This document shows, piece after piece, positions 17,312 to 25,312 of a DNA stretch of 38,793 nt. How positions within the stretch are numbered: position 1 is the stretch's first letter; each line of letters opens with the position of its first letter. This DNA is from a virus (lineage: Duplodnaviria; Caudoviricetes), in the IMG/VR virus record IMGVR_UViG_3300044528_000037, positions 1 through 38,793 of that record; one strand, given 5' to 3'. The position numbers and the translations under genes are program-made. The notes below the pieces were generated by a model. It was not told where the DNA came from, did not search any database, and saw only the letters and a program-made list of their open reading frames with translations.

Positions 17312-17625
17312 CCGGTCCGCACCACGACAGACAAGTCGTCAGTGACTTGCACGATCACGACCTCACCGCCCGGGATGCTCAGCTCGACCGCTTCGCGCGC
17401 GGTACGGGCAGCGCCTTCGGGCGTGAACCCGGCGGCGAGCAAGCGCGCCATGATGCGCACGATGCGCTGCTCGACCTCTGGCCACAGGCGCGCGTAGCCG
17501 GTGCCGTGCTGCTCACGCTCCGGGCGCAGCCAGCCCCGCCGGGTCCAGTAGTCGAGCTGACGGTACGACACGCCGACCGCGCGCGCCCACGGGACTCGGT
17601 CATCGGCCCACGGCATCGCGGTCAC
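17308..17625 (-). CDS. MerR-type HTH DNA-binding protein
   Basis: GVSYRQLDYWTRRGWLRP...GTGYARLW. Confidence 0.8.
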   Translation of the reverse strand: MTAMPWADDRVPWARAVGVSYRQLDYWTRRGWLRPEREQHGTGYARLWPEVEQRIVRIMARLLAAGFTPEGAARTAREAVELSIPGGEVVIVQVTDDLSVVVRTG

Positions 17626-17837
17626 CGCGTGGCGCGATCCAGCGCCATCCGCCGGCGCTTCATGGCTTGCGCTTCGAGGGTGGCGTCCTCACGCGTGGGG
17701 AACGGACCGTCGACCACACCGATGGCGTCGGGCACGTGCGGTCCGTCCTCCAAGTGCTTGAAGATGTACCAACCTTCCTGTCCGACGCCGCGCATCGACA
17801 CGACGTACAGCGCGAGTAGCTGGTCGTTGGCGTTCAT
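17622..17837 (-). CDS. Hypothetical protein
   Basis: ATG 17837 overlaps the recT stop. Confidence 0.6.
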   Translation of the reverse strand: MNANDQLLALYVVSMRGVGQEGWYIFKHLEDGPHVPDAIGVVDGPFPTREDATLEAQAMKRRRMALDRATR

Positions 17838-18871
17838 AGCGGCCGGTCCGCGAACTCCAACACCGCGCGGGCATCCTCGACGGACCACTCGTTATGCGAC
17901 GCGGGCAGCTGCTCCAACGTGATGAAGTGGTCGAGTTCGACGCGCTCGTCACCCTCCGCGTGCTCGTCGTAGGCGATAGCGGAAGCGATCAGCTCGTCGT
18001 CGGTGGGCGGTGGCGCCGGCGGCGGATCGTCCTCGTCGTCGTGCGCGGGCGTCGACGTCACGGGTGCCCCGACTTGAGATGAGCCCGTGACGTCGATCAC
18101 CGCGCCGCCGTCAGTCGCTGGGAGCACCTCGTGCTGCTCGTGGTCGAGAAGGTCCACGAGGTGCGGCGACTGATAGTCGACGGCTTCGGCCCGTTGCAGC
18201 TCGGCGCTGACGGGCATGACGTTGTTCAGCGCGCGCACGGCCGACTTGATCGCCATGGCGTCGTAGTGCTCCGACCACACCTTGTCGGTCGTGGCGTGCT
18301 TGCGGCGGTCTTCGATCTGCTCGAGGTCCAAGTAGCGGGGCAGCTGGTGACCGTTCGCCAGGAAGCAGATCGCATACGCGCCGATCAGCGGACCCCGTGC
18401 GCCCTTCAACGTCGGGCGGTGCAGGATCCCGCCTGCGGAGCCGTAGGTGACCACGCACTCGTCGTTCGTGTAGACCGCGTGCGCGTCGATCGCCGCCACG
18501 TCCGGGTGACGAAGCGCGAGCGCGATGTAGCCGCGGTAGCCGATGGTCAGCTGCACCTCGTCGGTGCCGGTCTGCTTCGAGTAGCGCGGGTTGAAGTACA
18601 CGAGGCCGAGCGGGCCCGGTTCGAGCCCGAGCTGCGCGGCGGTGAGCACGGCACCGAGAAACGAGTCCGGGTCGCACTCCCCGAGCGCCGGGTTCTTGCG
18701 CAACTCGGTCTGGATCACCCGAGCGAGACGGTCGGCGCGGATGCTGCGCGGCAACGCTCGCTCGATCTCCGGTCGCAGCTTGTTCAGCAGCGTCACCGCG
18801 CCGGCGCCCTTGCGCCGCTTGCGCGTGTGCTGCGCTCGCTCGATCTGTTGTCCCAGCTCGGAAGTCGTCAC
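17834..18871 (-). CDS. recT: RecT-family ssDNA annealing protein
   Basis: SFLGAVLTAAQLGLEPG, QLTIGYRGYI, W..HYDAMAIKSAVR. Confidence 0.9.
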   Translation of the reverse strand: MTTSELGQQIERAQHTRKRRKGAGAVTLLNKLRPEIERALPRSIRADRLARVIQTELRKNPALGECDPDSFLGAVLTAAQLGLEPGPLGLVYFNPRYSKQTGTDEVQLTIGYRGYIALALRHPDVAAIDAHAVYTNDECVVTYGSAGGILHRPTLKGARGPLIGAYAICFLANGHQLPRYLDLEQIEDRRKHATTDKVWSEHYDAMAIKSAVRALNNVMPVSAELQRAEAVDYQSPHLVDLLDHEQHEVLPATDGGAVIDVTGSSQVGAPVTSTPAHDDEDDPPPAPPPTDDELIASAIAYDEHAEGDERVELDHFITLEQLPASHNEWSVEDARAVLEFADRPL

Positions 18872-19830
18872 GATGCCTCCTTGACCAGCAGTCGGCGCAC
18901 CGATTGCGGACGTTCGTACTTGGCGACGAGGTCGGCGTGATCCGCCCGCAGCGCCGCGGTGTCGAGCGATCGGCGCTCGTGCGCCTTGTACGTCACGGCC
19001 TCAATGCCGTCGCACAACGCCACCTCTCGGTCGCCGAGGTAGGCGCGCATGTCCACCTCCGCGCGCGCCAGCACCTCGCCGGTTTCCTTCGCGGCGCCCT
19101 TGGCGACCCGGAGTGCGAACAGCAACTCGCGGCCGTGCTCGTCCAGCTCGAAGCCGTCGACGTCGCCGCCCGGAAACGCTTGTGCGAGCGCCGGCGCCTC
19201 CGCCGGGTAGCCGAGTCCGGGCGGCGGCACGTCCGCGACAACGTGGCGCCACCAGAACTCGTGCTCGATGTCCAACAGGACAGCGATGTCGGCGTCGTTG
19301 CGTTCGACTTCCTCGATGGTCACGCTCATGCCGCCCCGACCGCCCGACAGCGAGCACAGCCACGCGTGATCGCATCCGGTCACAGCGAGGTTGTGCAGCA
19401 CTTGGATCCGCCAGCGCGTCGCGCGCTCGGGATCGTGCAGCCCGGCGGTCTTCGCTTCGAAGATCCCGAGCGGCTCGCCTTCCACCACGAAGGCCGGACC
19501 CGACTCGTACACGAGGCCGTCGAGGTTGCAACGCACGTAGTCGTACTCGGGATGCACCAGTGCCGAGTCGGGCAGCGTGACGAACAAGCCGGTGCGCTCG
19601 CTGAACACGTCTCGCAACGTCGGTTCGAGCGCACGGCCGAGCGCCATCGCCTCGCTGTCGCGGGAGTCGCCGGCACGGCCGGTCTTCTCCAGCCAGAGCA
19701 TCAGCGGCGACCGGAACGGGTCGAGCCCGACCACCGCCGCCGCGTCGGATCCGCCGATACCGTCGCGCCGCTGCGCGACCCACTCGTCACGGTCAGCGCA
19801 CAGCGGGAGAGTCCGCGCTTGGTAGGTCAC
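18868..19830 (-). CDS. YqaJ-like (lambda exo/RecE-type) exonuclease
   Basis: GTG 19830; W..RRDGIGGSDAAAVVGLDPF, NLDG, EAKT. Confidence 0.9.
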   Translation of the reverse strand: MTYQARTLPLCADRDEWVAQRRDGIGGSDAAAVVGLDPFRSPLMLWLEKTGRAGDSRDSEAMALGRALEPTLRDVFSERTGLFVTLPDSALVHPEYDYVRCNLDGLVYESGPAFVVEGEPLGIFEAKTAGLHDPERATRWRIQVLHNLAVTGCDHAWLCSLSGGRGGMSVTIEEVERNDADIAVLLDIEHEFWWRHVVADVPPPGLGYPAEAPALAQAFPGGDVDGFELDEHGRELLFALRVAKGAAKETGEVLARAEVDMRAYLGDREVALCDGIEAVTYKAHERRSLDTAALRADHADLVAKYERPQSVRRLLVKEAS

Positions 19831-20012
19831 GCCGCACCACGCCGATGACGTCGCGTGGTGGAGCTGTCCGGAGCGTCCTTCCCAAGCGCGGACTCGATCG
19901 CATCGACGATGGGCGCGAGCACGGCCTCGTCGGTGATCTTCCACGGACGCCCTTGGCGCTCGACGTTGGCGCGCACCCGCTCGACGTTGGCGGCGCGCTG
20001 CTCTGGCGTCAT
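19827..20012 (-). CDS. Hypothetical protein
   Basis: Coupled to cro and yqaJ by 4-nt overlaps. Confidence 0.65.
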   Translation of the reverse strand: MTPEQRAANVERVRANVERQGRPWKITDEAVLAPIVDAIESALGKDAPDSSTTRRHRRGAA

Positions 20013-20302
20013 GGCGTGGTGCCGTTGGGGTACGGGAACAAGTCAGCGACCGAGCAGTCGAGCGCCCGAGCGAGCCCGAGCCGGTAGCGGTCGCTCACGC
20101 TGCGCATCTCGCCGTTCTCCAAGTTCGACAACGATCCCTGGTCCATGCGCGCCGCCTTCGCCACCGCCACCTGCGACAACCCGAGCGACTTGCGGCGCTC
20201 CATCACGAGCGCGCCCCACTGCTGATGCAGCCGCACGCTCTCGGCTTCCAGCTGCGCTCTCGTGGGCAGCCAGCGCCGGCGAACCGGAGTGCTCTCAGTC
20301 AT
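20009..20302 (-). CDS. Cro-like XRE HTH regulator
   Basis: ATG 20302 with GGAGG; GLSQVAVAKAARMDQGSLSNLENG; divergent from the repressor. Confidence 0.85.
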   Translation of the reverse strand: MTESTPVRRRWLPTRAQLEAESVRLHQQWGALVMERRKSLGLSQVAVAKAARMDQGSLSNLENGEMRSVSDRYRLGLARALDCSVADLFPYPNGTTP

Positions 20303-20405
20303 ATGGCGACCTCCGCGGTACGACGATTGACCATATGACCAGCGATCTGACCCGAACAAGAGCGCGGCCGAAGTCGATCTACCACCAGGCGCGCTCTCGC
20401 GGATA

Positions 20406-20807
20406 ATGTCCCGCCCACATATGGCGAGTAGCGCACAACCCAAGAAGTCGAGTGGCAGTAACGGGCCGCGCTTCGACCGGCAGGTTCAAGCACTCATGGC
20501 GGACTTCGGTCGCGCGATACACCGAGCACGCGGCCGCACCTCGCAAGTCGAGCTGGGCGAACGCACCGGGCTCGACCAGGGCACCATCTCGCTGTACGAG
20601 CGCGGCCTACGGATGCCGTCGTTCGAGAACCTCATGCGCGTCGAACAAGCGCTCGGCTTGAACCGTGGTGCGATCGTGCACGCGGTCTACTGCGACCTGC
20701 CGACCATTGCCGACCAGCTCGTCAACGACGCCACGCTCCCGCCGGAGTTCCGCAAGGCGGTCGCCACGGTCTACGAATCGCTACACGCTATGGCAGCTGA
20801 CGACTGA
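20406..20807 (+). CDS. Immunity repressor (XRE HTH)
   Basis: SQVELGERTGLDQGTISLYERGLRMPS; divergent from cro; start may be ATG 20421. Confidence 0.85.
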   Translation: MSRPHMASSAQPKKSSGSNGPRFDRQVQALMADFGRAIHRARGRTSQVELGERTGLDQGTISLYERGLRMPSFENLMRVEQALGLNRGAIVHAVYCDLPTIADQLVNDATLPPEFRKAVATVYESLHAMAADD

Positions 20808-21102
20808 TCCCGGCGCCGCCCCGAGCGCGGAAGAGGCGCCCGGCACAGATGAGCACGTCGGTGATCGAGTCGGCGAAGTCGTCGGACGTATCGAGGTAAC
20901 CGAGTGACCGTGAGCGCTGGCTGGCGTTGTGGGATCGCTCGATGAGCATGACTTCCTTGCGTTCCAGCCACGCGATGCCTTCCTCGTCGGCGTCACAGGG
21001 CACGCCTTCGAGGACTCGGACGTAGTCGCGCCACTCGTTCACCGCCTGGCGCATGAAGACCCGGAGCGCTTGCTCGATACGGACCTCGGTAGGGACATCC
21101 AT
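20788..21102 (-). CDS. Hypothetical protein
   Basis: ORF with protein-like composition between repressor and integrase; start uncertain (up to 21162). Confidence 0.5.
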   Translation of the reverse strand: MDVPTEVRIEQALRVFMRQAVNEWRDYVRVLEGVPCDADEEGIAWLERKEVMLIERSHNASQRSRSLGYLDTSDDFADSITDVLICAGRLFRARGGAGISRQLP

Positions 21103-21214
21103 CGTCGCCGCAACCCCCCATAGGCGAGTGCTTCGTTGCGGTGCCCCGAACCCAAACGCCACGGGCTACCGGCTGAACCCTGGCGCGCACCGCTGTATAG
21201 CGCAGTCATTTACC

Positions 21215-21257
21215 GTACGTTCGCCGACCTGGCAAGCGACCAGGTCGGCATACGTAC
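21215..21257. terminator. Stem-loop downstream of integrase
   Basis: gtacgt-tc-GCCGACCTGG-caagcga-CCAGGTCGGC-at-acgtac. Confidence 0.55.
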
Positions 21258-21267
21258 ATATGTCCCG

Positions 21268-22881
21268 TTACCGACTGAGTTTGCGCAACCGATGGCGCGG
21301 CGGCAGCTCGTCCGCGATCACGATGCGCTCCGGGTCGTAGCGATTGCTCGCACCGACCGGCATGGCGTACACGGTGCCGAGCGCGGCGCCGATGATCGCG
21401 TGGCGCTGGTCGACCGTGAGCGTCGGCCACGCAGCGGCGAGCGCACCGGGCTGACCGAGGTACTCGGCCACGGGGCCCTGACCGCCCGACGCGCGCGCCA
21501 GCTGCTTCCGCTTCGCTTCGAGCTCGTCACGGTAGTTCGCCGCAATCTCCGCGCCCTGTGCCGGGGTGTACCCGCGTGGGCCCACGAGCTTCGCGATACC
21601 GGCGAGGTCTCGCTCGAGGTCGCGGATGTCGGTCACGAGCTTGCGCGTGTCTGACGCGGTCGCCTTCGTCGTGCGCTCTCGGAGCATGGAGGCGACCTTG
21701 CCGTTGTCGACCCGGGCGAACACGAGGTCGAGCATGGTCTCCCGCGCGTCCTCGCCCACGATGCTCACCGAGCCGCACCCGCCCTGATCGCGGGTGCAGC
21801 GGTACATGCGCTTCGAGGTGCCGTTGGCGGAGCGGGACGAGTAGTGCATGACCGTGCCGCAGTTTCCGCAGTGGAGGACTCCGGACCACTCGTTGCGCTT
21901 GCGGGGTCCGACGCCGCGACCCTGTTCGCCCCGAGAGGTGAGCAGGGCCCGCACTCGCTGCCACGTTTCGAGCGGGACGATCTGATGCTGCTTGGCGACG
22001 AAGTCGTGACGCTTGACGGGCACGTCATCGACGAGGAAGTAGCCCGCCATGCGCGGTGACGCCAGGATCTTGCGCACTTGATTGACCGACCACGCCGTCG
22101 AGCCCCGCCGACCGGCGACACCCTTGTTCTGCATCCACGTGCCGATGTCGCGCAGCGACCGGCCCGTGAGGAACTGCTCGACCATCTGTCGAACGATGCG
22201 CGCCTCGGCCGGATAGATCACGCCGTCACGGAAACCGAACCCGGCGCCGCCGGCGTGTGGCACTCCGTTCGCCTTGCGCTGGTCGAGCGTACGCGTGACC
22301 CGGCGGTGCACCACCTGAGCCTCGCGCTGCGCGAGCGACACCATGAGGCGAGCCTGGAACTGATCGTCAGCGTCGGAGAGGTCGAGCGCCTTGCCCTTCA
22401 ACTGACACAGCACCGCTCGGTGCTTGATGAGCAAGTCGAGCTGGTCGTTGCGACGCGTGAGCCGGTCGAGGTTGTACTGGCAGACGTAGTGACCGTTCGC
22501 GGTCGCCACCGCCTCGACCATGGCGTCGAACCCCGGACGGGGCTTGTTCGTGTACTCGCTGGCGCCGATCTTGGGGTCGGCGAAGATCCCGGCGACTGGC
22601 ACGCCGTCGCTGTCGCACTGTTGGACCCAGTCGTGGAGCTGAGCGTCGACGTTCACCGGGTCGCCGTGCTCGTCGTTCGACTTGCGGCCGTACAGCAAGC
22701 GGCCTTCGGGATCGCCCCACGCGGGCCCGTGCCACACGTGGTACTTGAGGGCGTGTCGGATTGCTTCGTCAACGTCAGCGATCCCGGCGAGCGTGTTCGA
22801 CGTGCTGCCGGTTCGCCGCGTGACGTTCTTCTTGGCGAAGGCCTTGGCGCGCCGCTGTGCTGCTCGGTGCGGGGTGCTCAC
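21268..22881 (-). CDS. Large serine recombinase (integrase)
   Basis: GTG 22881 (GTGA overlap); YGRKS catalytic Ser, RPGFD, LDRLTR, recombinase domain, zinc ribbon CGNCG...YRC, coiled coil. Confidence 0.92.
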   Translation of the reverse strand: MSTPHRAAQRRAKAFAKKNVTRRTGSTSNTLAGIADVDEAIRHALKYHVWHGPAWGDPEGRLLYGRKSNDEHGDPVNVDAQLHDWVQQCDSDGVPVAGIFADPKIGASEYTNKPRPGFDAMVEAVATANGHYVCQYNLDRLTRRNDQLDLLIKHRAVLCQLKGKALDLSDADDQFQARLMVSLAQREAQVVHRRVTRTLDQRKANGVPHAGGAGFGFRDGVIYPAEARIVRQMVEQFLTGRSLRDIGTWMQNKGVAGRRGSTAWSVNQVRKILASPRMAGYFLVDDVPVKRHDFVAKQHQIVPLETWQRVRALLTSRGEQGRGVGPRKRNEWSGVLHCGNCGTVMHYSSRSANGTSKRMYRCTRDQGGCGSVSIVGEDARETMLDLVFARVDNGKVASMLRERTTKATASDTRKLVTDIRDLERDLAGIAKLVGPRGYTPAQGAEIAANYRDELEAKRKQLARASGGQGPVAEYLGQPGALAAAWPTLTVDQRHAIIGAALGTVYAMPVGASNRYDPERIVIADELPPRHRLRKLSR

Positions 22882-23141
22882 TTGGCACCGCCTTCGAGCC
22901 AGGCGAGCGCGTCGGATGCGTTGAGGTTGATCAGCCGCCGTTGCGCGCGGCGACCGCCGGTGCGGGCGTTGCTCACGACGATGCCGAGTCGCTCGGCGGT
23001 GAACCGTTCGGCTTCTTCGTAGTGTGACCAGCAGAGGTCCACCTCGAAGCCGCCGCCGGACACGATCAGCACGGCAGGCCACTCACAGCCGGGCGCATCG
23101 CAGTAACGAAACGTGGTCTCGATGTTCAGCTTGCGTTGCAA
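22878..23141 (-). CDS. Small Cys/His protein upstream of integrase
   Basis: TTG 23141 after GGACATAGGAGCAA; CDAPGC...DLCWSH. Confidence 0.7.
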   Translation of the reverse strand: MQRKLNIETTFRYCDAPGCEWPAVLIVSGGGFEVDLCWSHYEEAERFTAERLGIVVSNARTGGRRAQRRLINLNASDALAWLEGGAK

Positions 23142-23179
23142 TGTTGCTCCTATGTCCACAGCGGGCCGATCCCGCTGGT

Positions 23180-23221
23180 GGCGTTAGATTACCTCGACCC
23201 CGGTCGAGTTCTCCTAACGCC
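23180..23221. other. Candidate attP site
   Basis: 20-bp imperfect inverted arms (16/20 match) symmetric about a central CC at 23200-23201, close to the serine integrase. Confidence 0.5.
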
Positions 23222-23314
23222 CCATAGGGCCCGGCGGGGCTGGGGCCCTGGAGGATTGCTCCCAGCGATCCTAGGATCGCTCGTCATATGACGGCCGGAC
23301 ATAGGAGCAATCCG

Positions 23315-23593
23315 TTGCGAGTAAACGAACTCACCTACACCGAGTGCAAGACCTTCGGGCATGCCTGGGACGACGCCCCGCCGAGCACGCCGTCGTCGGT
23401 CAAGCGCGGCTTCGTGTTGCGCTGCGACCGCTGCACGACGCTGCGACACGATCACATCGATGTCGTCGGCGAACTCGTCGCTCGGTCATACGACTACCCG
23501 GACGACTACGCGTGGGTCGGCGAGAAGCTGAGCAAGGCGGAGCTGCGGCTCGCCATGTTGAAGCAGCGCCGGCGGATCCGGCGCGCGGCATGA
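23315..23593 (+). CDS. Small Zn-binding hypothetical protein
   Basis: TTG 23315 after GGACATAGGAGCAA; CKTFGHAW...CDRCTT..YDYPDDY. Confidence 0.7.
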   Translation: MRVNELTYTECKTFGHAWDDAPPSTPSSVKRGFVLRCDRCTTLRHDHIDVVGELVARSYDYPDDYAWVGEKLSKAELRLAMLKQRRRIRRAA

Positions 23594-24054
23594 GCGCGCC
23601 GCAAGGTCACGCCTACTGCTCGGTCTGCAAACACCCGCTCGACTGGTACGAAGCCGAAGGCGCTCCGGGCCGCTGGGTTCACCCGCTGCCCGTTCACCTC
23701 GAAGCCAAGCACGAGCCCGTCGTGGTCGAGACCGAGCACTACGACCCGGAAGTGATCGGACATTGCGACTTCTGCAACGAGATAGACCCGCGCTTCGAGT
23801 ATCCGTGCCGCGACTTCGAGCTGGGGCGCTTGTCGTCGCCGGTCACGCTCGGCGGCATGACCCTCGATGCTCAGCTGAGCGACGGCGCGTGGGCAGCGTG
23901 TGACGAGTGCGCCCGCCTGATCGACGCCAGCGACGTCGAGGGGCTCGCCAGGCGGTCCGCACGCAACATGCCGCCCGGCATCGAGCAGTACCTCGTCGCC
24001 TTGTACGAGCGCTTCATGCTGTTCCGCACCGGCAAGGGGGTGGCGCTGTGGTGA
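23590..24054 (+). CDS. Cys-rich hypothetical protein
   Basis: ATGA overlap; CSVC, CDFC, WAACDECA. Confidence 0.7.
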   Translation: MSAPQGHAYCSVCKHPLDWYEAEGAPGRWVHPLPVHLEAKHEPVVVETEHYDPEVIGHCDFCNEIDPRFEYPCRDFELGRLSSPVTLGGMTLDAQLSDGAWAACDECARLIDASDVEGLARRSARNMPPGIEQYLVALYERFMLFRTGKGVALW

Positions 24055-24245
24055 AGGTCGGCGCACGAGTGCGGCTCGTGCGCTGCAATGACCCCTACAC
24101 CGAGCTGCGCCCGGGCGCGCTCGGCACCGTCACGTTCGTTGACGACATGGGCACCGTTCACGTCAGCTGGGACGACGGGCACTCGCTCGGCCTGGTGCGC
24201 GAGGACGGCGATCGATGGGAGGTGATCGATGACGTGGCCCCGTGA
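24051..24245 (+). CDS. DUF4314-like SH3-fold protein
   Basis: GARVRLVRCNDPY..PGALGTVTFVDDMGTVHVSWDDGHSLGLV. Confidence 0.75.
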   Translation: MKVGARVRLVRCNDPYTELRPGALGTVTFVDDMGTVHVSWDDGHSLGLVREDGDRWEVIDDVAP

Positions 24246-24450
24246 CGCGCTGCGCGTCCGCCGCTACCTGAACGGAGCGCTCGAAGGCGAGTACCAGCTC
24301 GACCGAAACACCGTCGAGGGCGCCGGCGGGCTCGACGCGCAATGGTGCGCCGATCAGAACGCGGCCGGTAACCGCTTCTCCATCGTGATCGATGACCCCA
24401 ACGGCGACGTGAACTTCGTCGTGGAGATTGACAACGGAGGTGCTCGATGA
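24229..24450 (+). CDS. Hypothetical protein
   Basis: GGAGG RBS; lies within the operon. Confidence 0.6.
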   Translation: MTWPRDALRVRRYLNGALEGEYQLDRNTVEGAGGLDAQWCADQNAAGNRFSIVIDDPNGDVNFVVEIDNGGAR

Positions 24451-24602
24451 CTGAGCACGAGCGCCGCACGCTCGATGTCGCGCTGCGCCGCATGGATGCG
24501 CTGTTCCGAGCGATCAGCGCGCGCCAGTGGGAGCAGACCGAGTTCTGTTACGACCAAGTGCTCTCGAAGCTCCAACAGCTCGGAGGCGTCCGTGAGCGGT
24601 AA
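24447..24602 (+). CDS. Hypothetical protein
   Basis: Not in ORF track; ATGA overlap, GGAGG RBS; MTEHERRTLDVALRRM... Confidence 0.6.
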   Translation: MTEHERRTLDVALRRMDALFRAISARQWEQTEFCYDQVLSKLQQLGGVRER

Positions 24603-24801
24603 CAACGGCGAGCTTCGCAACCTCCGAGCAGAGCAATCCGGGCACGCGAGCAGCGCGCTTGACGAGCTGTTCTACGGGAACCTGACCGACAAGCAGCTGG
24701 TCGAGGTGGCGGAGCGCATGAGCCGTAACGCCGCGATGTACTCGGCGTCGGCGCGCAAGGCGGTCATCGACGAGCTGCGCCGCCGACTGCTGAGCGACTA
24801 G
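24592..24801 (+). CDS. Hypothetical protein
   Basis: GTG 24592 with GGAGG RBS. Confidence 0.55.
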   Translation: MSGNNGELRNLRAEQSGHASSALDELFYGNLTDKQLVEVAERMSRNAAMYSASARKAVIDELRRRLLSD

Positions 24802-24964
24802 GTCGAGCGCGGGGCGGTGGAGCGGGTCGTGACAGCGACTTCGACGGAACCCACCGCCCCGTGCTCCTGATGGGCGAGCCCGGACAGCGGCGCATAGGAG
24901 CTGACACCGCCGCCGGGCTCGACCCGCTAGAACGGTAAGCGATCCAAGAGCGGAGGTGCCCGCC

Positions 24965-25312
24965 ATGGCGCTTACGACGAAGCAGCGCAACGCGCTGCCG
25001 CCCTCAGCCTTCCTCGACCGCTCCAACCGTCGCTTCCCGGTGCCGACGAAGCAGCAGGCTCGCCGGGCTCACATCAGCGAGGCGCAGCGAGTCCGCACGC
25101 TCCGCAACGCGCTCAGCCGAGCAGCGCAACGCCAAGCACGCGGCGTCAAGAAGGTCACGCCGACGATGGTCGCCCGCAAGGTCAAGTCCCGCGGCGCCGG
25201 GCAAGTGCAGAGCGTCGTGCAGCGCCGCGGTCGACCGCTGAACGCATCGACGCGCCACACCCGCGCGCGCTCTCGGATCCGGACGGGCTCGAGGCGACGG
25301 CGTCGCCGCTAG
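24965..25312 (+). CDS. Very basic protein, DUF6582-like N-terminus
   Basis: GGAGG RBS; LTTKQRNALPPSAF..RRFPV..RNALSRAAQ; Arg-rich tail. Confidence 0.65.
   Translation: MALTTKQRNALPPSAFLDRSNRRFPVPTKQQARRAHISEAQRVRTLRNALSRAAQRQARGVKKVTPTMVARKVKSRGAGQVQSVVQRRGRPLNASTRHTRARSRIRTGSRRRRRR

Noticed and set aside
21215-21257. Hairpin downstream of integrase as attP
   Set aside because: Symmetric about a 7-nt loop rather than a 2-bp core; fits a terminator better, though not excluded
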